From Candidatus Omnitrophota bacterium (GTDB lineage: Bacteria > Omnitrophota > Gorgyraeia > Zapsychrales > Zapsychraceae), in assembly GCA_035292445.1 (NCBI GenBank), contig DATDQB010000002.1, positions 14,714-78,713 of the forward strand: 64,000 nt of DNA, read 5' to 3'. Positions 27,111 to 36,636 of this stretch are shown in pieces; position 1 is the stretch's first letter, and each line of letters opens with the position of its first letter. The notes under the pieces were generated by a model. It ran no database searches. It was given only the letters and a program-made list of their open reading frames with translations, and had not been told where the DNA came from. The position numbers and the translations under genes were made by a program.

Positions 27111-27174
27111 AGAGGCATCGGGGACTTCAAGGGGAGTCCGTGTAAACCTTTTTAAGAAAGGCTTTGGTGGTGTA

Positions 27175-28503
27175 TTGTCAAAAGAAATCCTTATTCAGAC
27201 CCAGAAAGGTGAACGGCAGGTTGCGATTATTGAGAATGGGCGCGTGGATGATTTTCATATTGAAGTTGACCGTTACCAGTCACTTTTAGGGAATATTTAC
27301 AAAGGGAGGGTGGAATCGATTCTGCCCTCCATTAACGCGGCATTTGTCAATATAGGGCAAGAACGAAACGGCTTCTTGTATTTGACCGATGCGGTAGAGC
27401 CTCCTCCTGTCATCGATGGCGAAGAAAATCAGCCTCAAGGTATTTTAGGCCGCATTTTTCGCGGTAAACAGAAAAATCCCGAAGGGCAACGTCCCCCACA
27501 TCCTCCCAAAAAAGATAGAAACGAGATTCCCTTTAAGGTCGGTCAAGAAATTCTCGTCCAAGTCGTGAAAGACCCTTTTGGAGAGAAGGGGGCCCGCCTG
27601 ACAACGCACATCTCTTTGCCCGGACGGTTTGTCGTTTATATGCCTTTCGACAAGCAAATGGGCGTCTCCAAAAAGATTGAGAACACCGAAGAGCGCCAAC
27701 GGCTTCGGGAGATCATCAAAGGTTTTACCTTTGTGAGGACAGGGGGCTTCATCATCCGCACGGCGTCTTTAAAGCAGCAGAAGCATGACCTTATCCGCGA
27801 CGCCAAATTCCTTTATAAGATCTGGACGAAGATCCACAAAAAGGCCGAAGAAGAAAAAGCCCCGGCCTTGATCTATGAGGAGGGGGATTTGACGTGGGTT
27901 ATTGTCCGGGATTATTTGACGGAAAAAATTGATAGCGTCATTATTGACAATGAAAGCGACCTTCAGCGGATCCGGCGTATTGTTCAGACCTTGATCGGGC
28001 GTTCGATGGTTAACCGGATCCAGCTTTATACGGGTAAGCAGCTTTTATTTGAGGCCAAAAATGTCGATAAAGAACTGTTGACCATTTATGACACGCACGT
28101 TCATGTAAAATCCGGCGCCTATATTGTCATCGAGCAGACGGAAGGCTTAACGGTCGTGGACGTCAACAGCGGCCGGTTTAAGGTCAAAGCCTCTCCCGGC
28201 GATGCCGCCTTTATGGTCAATATGGAAGTGATCCCTGAGATTGCCCGCCAGTTGCGCCTGAGGGACCTGGGGGGGATTATCGTTATTGATTTTATTGATA
28301 TGACCAGGGAGGAACATAAACGAAGGCTATTGGAAGCGCTTAACCGGGCCCTCACCAAAGACCCCGCCAAAACAGAAGTTTTTAAAATCTCTCCTTTAGG
28401 GCTTGTGGAAATGACCCGGGCCAGAACAGGGAAAACGATCGAATCCATTTCCTTTGGGGAATGCCCGTATTGTGACGGCCGCGGCCGGGTTCGCCTCGTC
28501 TAA
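27175..28503 (+). CDS. rng: ribonuclease E/G family (Rng)
   Basis: GNIYKGRV, AAFVNIG, KGARLTT, VDVNSG, RLRDLGGIIVIDFIDM, CPYCDGRG; TTG start. Confidence 0.93.
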   Translation: MSKEILIQTQKGERQVAIIENGRVDDFHIEVDRYQSLLGNIYKGRVESILPSINAAFVNIGQERNGFLYLTDAVEPPPVIDGEENQPQGILGRIFRGKQKNPEGQRPPHPPKKDRNEIPFKVGQEILVQVVKDPFGEKGARLTTHISLPGRFVVYMPFDKQMGVSKKIENTEERQRLREIIKGFTFVRTGGFIIRTASLKQQKHDLIRDAKFLYKIWTKIHKKAEEEKAPALIYEEGDLTWVIVRDYLTEKIDSVIIDNESDLQRIRRIVQTLIGRSMVNRIQLYTGKQLLFEAKNVDKELLTIYDTHVHVKSGAYIVIEQTEGLTVVDVNSGRFKVKASPGDAAFMVNMEVIPEIARQLRLRDLGGIIVIDFIDMTREEHKRRLLEALNRALTKDPAKTEVFKISPLGLVEMTRARTGKTIESISFGECPYCDGRGRVRLV

Positions 28504-28522
28504 CACCGCCCATAAAAATTCA

Positions 28523-28550
28523 TTGTAAATTTCGCGATTTTGAATACAAT
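28523..28550 (+). promoter_or_regulatory. candidate promoter for the rplU-obg unit
   Basis: TTGTAA(28523-28528), 16 nt spacer, TACAAT(28545-28550). Confidence 0.45.
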
Positions 28551-28636
28551 GATAAGACAATAAATTATTAATATTAATATAAAAGTACCTCCCATGCTAG
28601 GAAGGTATTTTCATGATGGAGAAGGAGGATTAAGGT

Positions 28637-28948
28637 ATGTATGCTGTTATTGAGATAAGCTCTTCTCAATTTAAAGTCGCCGAAGGGGACATGATTGAGG
28701 CCGACCGCATTGATGAAAAGGAAGGCAAAAATATTAAGCTCGAGAAAGTACTTCTTTTTGCCAAAGGCAGTGATATCCGCGTTGGCCAGCCTTATTTAAA
28801 AGACGTAAAGGTGGAGGCATCCGTTGTTAAACACCATGAGGATAGTAAAGTGATTGCTTTCAAGTTCCGGCGCAGAAAGCATTTCGCCAATAAAAAAGGG
28901 CAGCGTCATCAACGCACCACCTTAAGCATCACTAAAATTATCGTCTAG
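28637..28948 (+). CDS. rplU: 50S ribosomal protein L21
   Basis: MYAVIE..QFKV.EGD, VGQPY, FKFRRRK; SD AAGGAG. Confidence 0.95.
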   Translation: MYAVIEISSSQFKVAEGDMIEADRIDEKEGKNIKLEKVLLFAKGSDIRVGQPYLKDVKVEASVVKHHEDSKVIAFKFRRRKHFANKKGQRHQRTTLSITKIIV

Positions 28949-28964
28949 GTAAGGTTGCTATAGT

Positions 28965-29945
28965 ATGATCTTTGTTGATGAGGCCAAAATATTCGTCAAG
29001 GCCGGGGACGGGGGCAAGGGGTGCGAAAGTTTTTATAGGGATAAGTACACCCGCTACCCTCGAGCCGACGGCGGCGATGGCGGGCGGGGCGGCGATGTAA
29101 GCTTGGTGGCCAGCAAAAGCGTCCATACGCTTTTGGATTTCAAATATCAACAGCATTTTAAAGCATCCAAAGGCGGTAACGGCAGCAGCAAAGGAAAAAC
29201 GGGGAGGGAAGGTCAGGATTGTATCATCCGCGTCCCGCTAGGAACCATGATCAGGGATGCCCAGACCGATCTTTTAATGAAGGACTTGGTTGAGGACGGC
29301 CAGCAGGTGGTGGTGGCCAAAGGCGGCAAAGGCGGTATCGGCAACAAGCATAAGAGAATACCGGCCCCACCGGAGGCAGGCGAAGAGCGATGGCTTCATT
29401 TGGAGCTGAAGCTTATTGCCGATGTTGGTATCATCGGGTTTCCCAACGCGGGTAAATCGACCCTCATTTCCAGCATTTCCAAGGTTAGATCAAAAATCGC
29501 CAATTATCCTTTTACTACCAAGCAACCGATCCTAGGCATTGTTTTCGGGGAGGACAGCCATTTCATTGTTGCTGATTTGCCCGGTATCATCGAGGGGGCT
29601 CATCAAGGGAAGGGCTTGGGAGACCGGTTTCTTAAACACGCCGAGCGCACCAAAGTTTTAGTTCATTTGATTGATATGGCCGGTTCTGAGGGCCGCGATC
29701 CGTTGGATGATTATGAAAAGGTCAATCACGAAATTGAGCAATACAGCGGGCCACTGATCATCAAACACAAAATTGTCGTTGCCAACAAAATGGATTTACC
29801 GCAGGCGCAGGAGCATCTTAAGCGCTTTAAAAAGAAATACGGTCGGGACATCTTAGCGATTTCGTCTTTACAAAAAGAAGGGTTGGATCAGCTCATCAAG
29901 CGGATCCAGGATATTTTATGTACCGAAAATTCCCCCGCGAAATAA
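28965..29945 (+). CDS. obgE: GTPase Obg/CgtA
   Basis: FVDEA, GGDGGRGG, GFPNAGKST, YPFTT, DLPG, NKMD. Confidence 0.96.
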   Translation: MIFVDEAKIFVKAGDGGKGCESFYRDKYTRYPRADGGDGGRGGDVSLVASKSVHTLLDFKYQQHFKASKGGNGSSKGKTGREGQDCIIRVPLGTMIRDAQTDLLMKDLVEDGQQVVVAKGGKGGIGNKHKRIPAPPEAGEERWLHLELKLIADVGIIGFPNAGKSTLISSISKVRSKIANYPFTTKQPILGIVFGEDSHFIVADLPGIIEGAHQGKGLGDRFLKHAERTKVLVHLIDMAGSEGRDPLDDYEKVNHEIEQYSGPLIIKHKIVVANKMDLPQAQEHLKRFKKKYGRDILAISSLQKEGLDQLIKRIQDILCTENSPAK

Positions 29946-31009
29946 AACGCGTTGTCATCAAGGTCGGCTCCAGCGTGATCGCCACTTATAAAATGAAGCC
30001 GAAGATAACGCATTTGCGTTCTTTGGTCGCTCAGATCTGCGCCGCCCAAAAAAACGGAATGGAAGTGATCTTGGTCAGCTCCGGCGCCATTGTTCTGGGG
30101 ATGGGAGAGCTCAAGCAAAAAACGCGTTCCTTGGACCTGGCGCAGCTTCAGGCGACCGCTGCCGTCGGACAAACGGTTTTGATGAACACGTATAACGCAT
30201 TATTCAAAAAACATAAAGGCTGCTGTGCGCAGGTGCTCTTGACGTGGGATGATTTTAACGACCGCAGCCGGTTCAATAACGCCTCCAATGCGTTTGCGGC
30301 GATGCTGGATATGGGCATCGTTCCTGTGGTGAATGAAAACGATACGATATCAACGGAAGAGATTAAATTCGGCGACAATGACCGTTTATCGGCGATGCTG
30401 GCGAGCATGATGAAGGCGGATCTGCTGGTGATCTTGTCGGATGTGGAGGGGTTATACGACCTTAAAAACGGTGAGAAGAAAGTTTTTGAAGAGATCAAGG
30501 AGATCACCCAGGATATTCAGGAAATAGCCGGTGGGACGGCCAAGAAGCAGATCTCCAAAGGCGGCATGACGGCCAAACTGGAAGCAATCAAGATCGCGAC
30601 CAAAGCCAACACGCCTTGCATTATTGCCCACGGCGAAACGGAGAACGTATTAGAGAGGATATTAAAGGGCGAACGCATTGGCACGCTCTTTATCGAGCGG
30701 GAGGAAAAATTTTTGGCCAGGAAGCATTGGATTTCTTTCGGTGCCAAGCCTAAGGGGATTTTAATCGTCGATGACGGGGCAAAGGTGGCTTTATTAAAGG
30801 GGGGCAAAAGCCTGTTGCTGCCTGGCATCGTTTCCTGGAGCGGCCATTTTCAAAAGCATGATATCGTTATTGTCCAGGACAATGAAAAGCAAGAAATCGC
30901 GCGGGGCATCACAAATTATTCCACCGCCGATTTAGAGAATGTTCAGGATAAAAAGGGAAAGCCTGAAGTCATTCATGTGGATAACATGGTTTTTTCCGAA
31001 CGTTTTTAA
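29918..31009 (+). CDS. proB: glutamate 5-kinase
   Basis: VIKVGSS, VSSGA, NENDT, FGDND, GGMTAK, PUA domain. Confidence 0.96.
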   Translation: MYRKFPREIKRVVIKVGSSVIATYKMKPKITHLRSLVAQICAAQKNGMEVILVSSGAIVLGMGELKQKTRSLDLAQLQATAAVGQTVLMNTYNALFKKHKGCCAQVLLTWDDFNDRSRFNNASNAFAAMLDMGIVPVVNENDTISTEEIKFGDNDRLSAMLASMMKADLLVILSDVEGLYDLKNGEKKVFEEIKEITQDIQEIAGGTAKKQISKGGMTAKLEAIKIATKANTPCIIAHGETENVLERILKGERIGTLFIEREEKFLARKHWISFGAKPKGILIVDDGAKVALLKGGKSLLLPGIVSWSGHFQKHDIVIVQDNEKQEIARGITNYSTADLENVQDKKGKPEVIHVDNMVFSERF

Positions 31010-31017
31010 AGGCAAAT

Positions 31018-32283
31018 ATGAGCACGAAATTATCTCAACAAATTGAAACGCTTGCCAAGAAAGCAAAGTTGGCTTCACGGGAGATGTCTTTGCTTTCGAC
31101 GGCTGTCAAAGACAAAGCCCTTAAGGATATGGCCAAAGCCCTTGTGAACAACCAAGCTTTTCTCATGAGGGAAAATAAGAGAGACCTGCAATACGCCAAA
31201 ACCAATCGCTTAAGTAGCGCCCTTATTGACCGTTTAACGCTTAATGAAAAGCGCATCAAAGCGATGGCCGATAGCCTTTTGGAGATGGTCAAGATCAAAG
31301 ACCCTGTCGGAGAAGTGATCAAAACGACCAAACGCCCGAACGGGCTTGTGATCAAGAAAGTGCGCACGCCCATCGGTGTCATCGGGATCATTTTTGAGTC
31401 ACGACCTAACGTCACCAGCGATTGCATCGGGTTGTGCCTGAAATCCGGCAATGCCGCCTTTCTCAAAGGTGGCAAAGAGGCGTGCTATTCCAACAAGGCC
31501 GTTTATGATTGTGTTATCAAAGCGCTTAAATCCGGCCCCATACCGTTGGATGCCATTCAGCTTCTTTCTTCGACGGACCGCGAAGCCCTTCATATTTTTC
31601 TCAAAATGGATCGCTATGTTGATCTGATCATTCCGCGCGGCGGGGAAGGGTTGATCCGTTTCGTGGCGGAGCATACCCGTATTCCCGTCATCAAGCATTA
31701 TAAAGGCGTTTGCCACACGTATGTCAGTAGTAAAGCCGATATCGGCATGGCCCGGCGCATTTGCATCAATGCCAAGGTGCAGCGGCCGGGGGTTTGCAAC
31801 GCCATGGAAACGATGCTGGTCCATAAAGATATCGCCAAGAAATTCCTTCCCGTGATGATCGAAGATCTTAAACAATGCGGCGTCGAAATCCGGGCGGATG
31901 ACAAAACGCGCGCCATCGTTAAAGACGGCATCAAAAAGGCAAGTGAGAAAGATTGGTATGAGGAATATCTGGACCTCATTTTGTCGGTGAGAGTGGTGGA
32001 TAATACCAAGCAGGCGATCGACCATATCAACACCTACGGCTCCGCGCATTCGGACGCGATCGTTACCAATGACAAGAAAGAGGCCGCTCAGTTCCTGAAG
32101 GCCGTTGATTCCTCGAGCGTGTTTGTCAACACCTCAACGCGTTTTGCCGACGGGTACGAATACGGCTTCGGGGCGGAAGTGGGCATCAGCACCGACAAGC
32201 TTCACGCGCGCGGGCCCATGGCATTGGAAGAGTTAACTACCTATAAATATATCGTTGAAGGCAAAGGGCAGATTCGAGAGTGA
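31018..32283 (+). CDS. proA: gamma-glutamyl phosphate reductase
   Basis: ESRPNVT, IPRGGEGL, VCNAMET, STRFADG, HARGP. Confidence 0.97.
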   Translation: MSTKLSQQIETLAKKAKLASREMSLLSTAVKDKALKDMAKALVNNQAFLMRENKRDLQYAKTNRLSSALIDRLTLNEKRIKAMADSLLEMVKIKDPVGEVIKTTKRPNGLVIKKVRTPIGVIGIIFESRPNVTSDCIGLCLKSGNAAFLKGGKEACYSNKAVYDCVIKALKSGPIPLDAIQLLSSTDREALHIFLKMDRYVDLIIPRGGEGLIRFVAEHTRIPVIKHYKGVCHTYVSSKADIGMARRICINAKVQRPGVCNAMETMLVHKDIAKKFLPVMIEDLKQCGVEIRADDKTRAIVKDGIKKASEKDWYEEYLDLILSVRVVDNTKQAIDHINTYGSAHSDAIVTNDKKEAAQFLKAVDSSSVFVNTSTRFADGYEYGFGAEVGISTDKLHARGPMALEELTTYKYIVEGKGQIRE

Positions 32284-32855
32284 AACGCATAGGCATTCTC
32301 GGTGGTACGTTTAATCCGGTCCATATCGGCCATTTGGCCGTCGCCCAGATCGTGTGCGACGCGCTTAAATTGGACAAGGTCCTTTTTATCCCTTCATTTT
32401 ACCCTCCCCACAAAAGCCGTGAGCATGTTTTATCCGTCCGGCATCGCGCTGCCATGGTACAGCTGGCCATCAAGGATAATCCGAAGTTTAAATTGAACGA
32501 TTTTGAAATCAAGCACCCGCGAAAATCCTACAGCATTCATACGTTGCAATACCTTCATAAGTTCTACCCGGCCGGGACAAAATTCTATTTTATTGTCGGA
32601 AGCGATATGTTGCCCGGTTTAAAGAATTGGCGGCGTATTGATGAGTTGAGCAAGCTAACACAATTTATCGTGGTCAGCCGCAAAGGTTTTAAGCCGGTTA
32701 AAACAGGGTTCAAAGTAAGGACCATACCAACGTTGGATCTGGGCATCTCTTCCAGTTACTTAAGAAGGTGTTTGAAGGAGAAGAAAACGGTAAAATATTT
32801 ATTGCCTGAAGGCGTATTAGCGTATATAAAGAAACATAAACTGTATTTGCGTTAG
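32280..32855 (+). CDS. nadD: nicotinate-nucleotide adenylyltransferase
   Basis: GGTFNPVHIGH, PPHK, IVGSD, ISSS. Confidence 0.95.
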   Translation: MKRIGILGGTFNPVHIGHLAVAQIVCDALKLDKVLFIPSFYPPHKSREHVLSVRHRAAMVQLAIKDNPKFKLNDFEIKHPRKSYSIHTLQYLHKFYPAGTKFYFIVGSDMLPGLKNWRRIDELSKLTQFIVVSRKGFKPVKTGFKVRTIPTLDLGISSSYLRRCLKEKKTVKYLLPEGVLAYIKKHKLYLR

Positions 32856-32874
32856 GGAATCGAAAGGACAAGCG

Positions 32875-34296
32875 ATGGAAAATTTAAAACAGGAGATAAA
32901 ATTCGGCACCGATGGATGGCGGGGCGTTATTTCGGATAATTTTACGTTCAAGAATGTCCGCCTCGTGGCGCAGGCCATCAGTGAATGGATCAAGGATGAT
33001 TTCAAAAGCGCGGGTGCGCCCAACCTGAGAGTCGCCCTCGGTTACGATGCCCGTTTTCTTTCCAAAGAATACGCCGAGATCGTCAGCAGTGTCTTGGCGG
33101 CCAATAATATAAAGGTATATTTATCGGATGAGATGATCCCAACCCCGGCCTTAAGTTACGGTGTTGTGGACATTAAAGGCGTTTGCGGGGTCATGATAAC
33201 CGCCAGCCACAACCCGGCCAAATTCAACGGCATTAAAATCAAAACAAGCCAGGGCGGCGGCGCTGGCAAAGATATCACCGATAAAGTGGAAGGCTTTCTT
33301 GGGAAAACATCCGTTCAGTCAGTTGATTTATTGGATGCCATCGAACGAAAAATGATTATGATGCATGATTTTAAGAAAGTGTATTTAAAATTCATGAAAA
33401 GTTATATCGATTTGGCAAAGATCAAAAAGGCCCGGTTCAAGGTGATTCAGGATGTGATGCATGGAAGCGGTGGCCGGATACTGGAGGAAGTGCTCAAAGG
33501 CAGCCAGCTTAAAGTTACGTTAATGCGCGCTGAAGTGAATCCTTCTTTCGGCGGGGTAAAGCCGGAACCGATCGCCGAATATTTGCCAGAAATTTTATCC
33601 CGCGTAAAAAAAGAAAAATATGATTTAGGCCTTGTTCTCGACGGCGATGCGGACCGCATCGGGGCGGTGGCTCCGGGCGGTGAATTCATAAGCCCGCAAC
33701 GGATCTTGGGGCTTATCATCCTTCATTTGGTCCGTAACAAGAAAAGGACCGGCGGGATCGTCAAAACGACCTGCGGCACGACCATGCTGGATCACATCGC
33801 CAAAAAGTTGAGGTGCAAGCTTTATGAAACGCCGGTCGGCTTTAAGTACATTTCCGATCTGATGGTCAAAGAAAAAATAGTTGCTGGTGGCGAAGAAGCG
33901 GGCGGGATCGGGGTTCAGGATTATATTCCCGAACGTGATGGAACATTAGCAGGGTTACTGTTATTGGAGATGATGGTGTATCAAAAGAAGAACATTAAAC
34001 AGCTTTTGAACGAGATGGAAAAGGAGTTCGGCCGTTATTATTATGAGCGGGCCGATCTGGACTTGCGCGGGCGCACTTTTGATGCAAAAAAGATCAAGAG
34101 TTTACCCTCCTTATTAGGGAAGAGAGTCGTTGAGGTCAAGGATTACGATGGCATTAAGCTCATTTGCGAAGACGAAAGCTGGCTCATGCTGCGTCCCTCC
34201 GGCACGGAACCTCTGGTTCGCGCCTATTCAGAAGCAAAATCCCTCCAGAAAGCCAAACAACTGCTTAAAATCGGCGAAGACCTCCTTAAGTCCTGA
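32875..34296 (+). CDS. phosphoglucomutase/phosphomannomutase family protein
   Basis: FGTDGWRG, TASHNP, DGDADR, GFKY, RPSGTEP. Confidence 0.93.
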   Translation: MENLKQEIKFGTDGWRGVISDNFTFKNVRLVAQAISEWIKDDFKSAGAPNLRVALGYDARFLSKEYAEIVSSVLAANNIKVYLSDEMIPTPALSYGVVDIKGVCGVMITASHNPAKFNGIKIKTSQGGGAGKDITDKVEGFLGKTSVQSVDLLDAIERKMIMMHDFKKVYLKFMKSYIDLAKIKKARFKVIQDVMHGSGGRILEEVLKGSQLKVTLMRAEVNPSFGGVKPEPIAEYLPEILSRVKKEKYDLGLVLDGDADRIGAVAPGGEFISPQRILGLIILHLVRNKKRTGGIVKTTCGTTMLDHIAKKLRCKLYETPVGFKYISDLMVKEKIVAGGEEAGGIGVQDYIPERDGTLAGLLLLEMMVYQKKNIKQLLNEMEKEFGRYYYERADLDLRGRTFDAKKIKSLPSLLGKRVVEVKDYDGIKLICEDESWLMLRPSGTEPLVRAYSEAKSLQKAKQLLKIGEDLLKS

Positions 34297-34889
34297 TGAG
34301 AATCATTTATTATATTTCTATCTTTTTTTTATACCTTCTCGACCGGGTGTATTCCCGGGTAACTGTTTATGGCAAAGAACATATGCCCAAAGGGGCTTTT
34401 ATCATGGCCAGCAACCATATCAGCAATTTCGATCCGTTTCTATTAGGGCTGACCTCTATCCGTTTTTACGGTTTCATGGCCAAGGAGGATCTTTTCAAGA
34501 ATAAGCTGATGTCATTCTTTTTTTATCAGGTCGGGGCTTTCCCCGTCAAGAGAGATACGGTGGACTTTTATGCTGTCAGAGAAGCGTTGCGCCGGCTAAA
34601 ATCGGGGCAGCCGTTAATAATGTTTCCTGAAGGAACGCGCGGTGTGAGCGGTCGTGTCAAGAAAATCAATCCAGGCATAGGTTTGCTTGTCCAGAAATCG
34701 AAAGTCCCTGTCCTGCCGGCCTATATCAAAGGCTCCGATAAGGCCCTGCCCCACAATGCCAAATGGTTCAAGCGCTACCCGGTCACTATTGTCATTGGTG
34801 AGCCCATCACGTTTCGTGACGATATGACCCATACCGAGATTGCGCTGGCGATTATGGATAAGGTGCAATCCCTGGCGGATGTCGTTTAA
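34296..34889 (+). CDS. plsC: 1-acyl-sn-glycerol-3-phosphate acyltransferase
   Basis: NHISNFD (HX4D), FMAK, FPEGTR. Confidence 0.9.
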   Translation: MRIIYYISIFFLYLLDRVYSRVTVYGKEHMPKGAFIMASNHISNFDPFLLGLTSIRFYGFMAKEDLFKNKLMSFFFYQVGAFPVKRDTVDFYAVREALRRLKSGQPLIMFPEGTRGVSGRVKKINPGIGLLVQKSKVPVLPAYIKGSDKALPHNAKWFKRYPVTIVIGEPITFRDDMTHTEIALAIMDKVQSLADVV

Positions 34890-34899
34890 AATATTTTAT

Positions 34900-34927
34900 T
34901 TGACAAATACGATAAATTTGCGATAAT
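34900..34927 (+). promoter_or_regulatory. promoter for rpsA
   Basis: TTGACA(34900-34905), 16 nt spacer, TGn-GATAAT(34922-34927). Confidence 0.55.
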
Positions 34928-35014
34928 GGGGTACTTTTTAGAGGTGTCTAACTCTAACTATTTGAGCTAGTTACTTCTTAAAAGAATCGTTCTAAAAAGA
35001 AGAGGTATTTATTC

Positions 35015-36562
35015 ATGAGTGACAATAAACAGGCTGTTATGGAAAATTTGTATAACGAAAGCTTTCGCAAGCTTAGTGAAGGCGATATCGTTAAAGGAAG
35101 GATCGTTGCTTTTAACGAAAAAGAAGCCGTCGTGGACATTGGTTTTAAGTCCGAAGGCTTTGTTTCTATCGAAGAATTTCGTAATATCGAAGCGTTGGGG
35201 ATCAACAGCGAAATTGACGTCTTGATTGAGTCTATTGAAGATGATGAAGGACGGCTGGTGCTTTCCCGTCAGAAAGCCGAACGCCTAAGAGGCTGGATGC
35301 GCCTTGGCGATACTTTAAATGAAGGCGATATGGTTGATGGACGCATCCTAAAGCAAGTTAAGGGTGGATTTATTGTTGATGTGGAGGGTGTGGAGGCATT
35401 CTTGCCGATGTCCCTTTCAGCGTTTAAAGGCGTATCGAATGATGAGATCATGACCAAAAAATATAAGTTTCAGATCGCCAAACTCAATAAAGCCCGCCGC
35501 AATCTCATTTTATCCCGTCGAGAAGTTGTTCAAAAGGAAAAAGAAGAAATCCGTGAGCGTGTCTGGAATCAATTGGAAAAAGGGCAAAGACGTACCGGAG
35601 TGGTCAAAGGCATAACCGACTTCGGTGCCTTCATTGATTTGGGAGGGGTGGATGGGCTTCTTCATATAACCGATATGAGCTGGACGCGGATCAACCATCC
35701 TTCGGAAATTGTTTCGTTGGGAGATAAGGTCGAAGTCCTGATCTTGGATTATGACAAAGATAACGCCAAAGTCTCGCTGGGGTTAAAGCAAATTTCCGAC
35801 AATCCCTGGGTGGATATTTATCAAAAGTATCCTCCGGGAACGAAGGCCAAGGGCAAAATCGTTAACGTGATGCCTTATGGGGTCTTTATTGAGATCGAAA
35901 AAGGCATAGAAGGTTTATTGCACTCCTCCGAGATCACCTGGCAGAAAAAGCTCGTCAATCCTCAAGAGATGTTTAAAGTCGGTGATGTGGTGGAAGTTCA
36001 AATCATCAACGTTGACAAGGATTCCAAGCGCATTTCTCTTAGCATGAAGCAATTGGAAGATAACCCTTGGCTTCATGCCAACGAGCAATATCAAGCCGGC
36101 TCCAAAGTGAAGGGCAAGGTCAGAGGGTTCACTGATTACGGTGCTTTCATTGAATTGGAATCCGGCCTGGAAGGGATGATCCATATCTCTGATATGTCCT
36201 GGACGAAGAAAATCAATCATCCGCAAGATGTCTTAGAGAAGGGCCAAACGGTTGAAGTGGTTGTTCTGGCGGTCGATCCTGAGAATCGCAAGATTAACCT
36301 GGGCTTGAAACAGCTATCCGAGAATCCGTGGCCGAACATTGCACAGACATATCCAGTCGATAAGGAAGTCAGTGCCGAAGTCGTCCTTAATTCCAATTTC
36401 GGCGTTTTTGTCAAGCTAGATGATGAGGTTGAGGCGCTTGTTTATTCCTCTGAAATAGAAAAAGAAAAAGCGCAGGCCTTAAAGCCAGGCGATCAATTGA
36501 AGGTCAAGATCATCAAAGTTGACGTCGAGCAAATGAAAATCGGCGTCAGTGCCAAAGTCTAA
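35015..36562 (+). CDS. rpsA: 30S ribosomal protein S1
   Basis: tandem S1 repeats (DFGAFIDLGGVDGLLHITDMSW, YGVFIE, DYGAFIELE). Confidence 0.96.
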   Translation: MSDNKQAVMENLYNESFRKLSEGDIVKGRIVAFNEKEAVVDIGFKSEGFVSIEEFRNIEALGINSEIDVLIESIEDDEGRLVLSRQKAERLRGWMRLGDTLNEGDMVDGRILKQVKGGFIVDVEGVEAFLPMSLSAFKGVSNDEIMTKKYKFQIAKLNKARRNLILSRREVVQKEKEEIRERVWNQLEKGQRRTGVVKGITDFGAFIDLGGVDGLLHITDMSWTRINHPSEIVSLGDKVEVLILDYDKDNAKVSLGLKQISDNPWVDIYQKYPPGTKAKGKIVNVMPYGVFIEIEKGIEGLLHSSEITWQKKLVNPQEMFKVGDVVEVQIINVDKDSKRISLSMKQLEDNPWLHANEQYQAGSKVKGKVRGFTDYGAFIELESGLEGMIHISDMSWTKKINHPQDVLEKGQTVEVVVLAVDPENRKINLGLKQLSENPWPNIAQTYPVDKEVSAEVVLNSNFGVFVKLDDEVEALVYSSEIEKEKAQALKPGDQLKVKIIKVDVEQMKIGVSAKV

Positions 36563-36592
36563 CCGCATATCCGTTTAATCTCCGCTAGATAA

Positions 36593-36636
36593 GGCGCCTT
36601 CCTCCATGTTTGCAAAGGAAGGCGCCGCGTTTTCTT
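36593..36636 (+). terminator. hairpin after rpsA (terminator or processing stem)
   Basis: GGCGCCTTCCT/AGGAAGGCGCC 11 bp stem followed by GCGTTTTCTT, ending at the tyrS ATG. Confidence 0.45.

Noticed and set aside
27105-27135. TTGACA at the repeat end as the rng promoter
   Set aside because: No -10-like hexamer 16-18 nt downstream.
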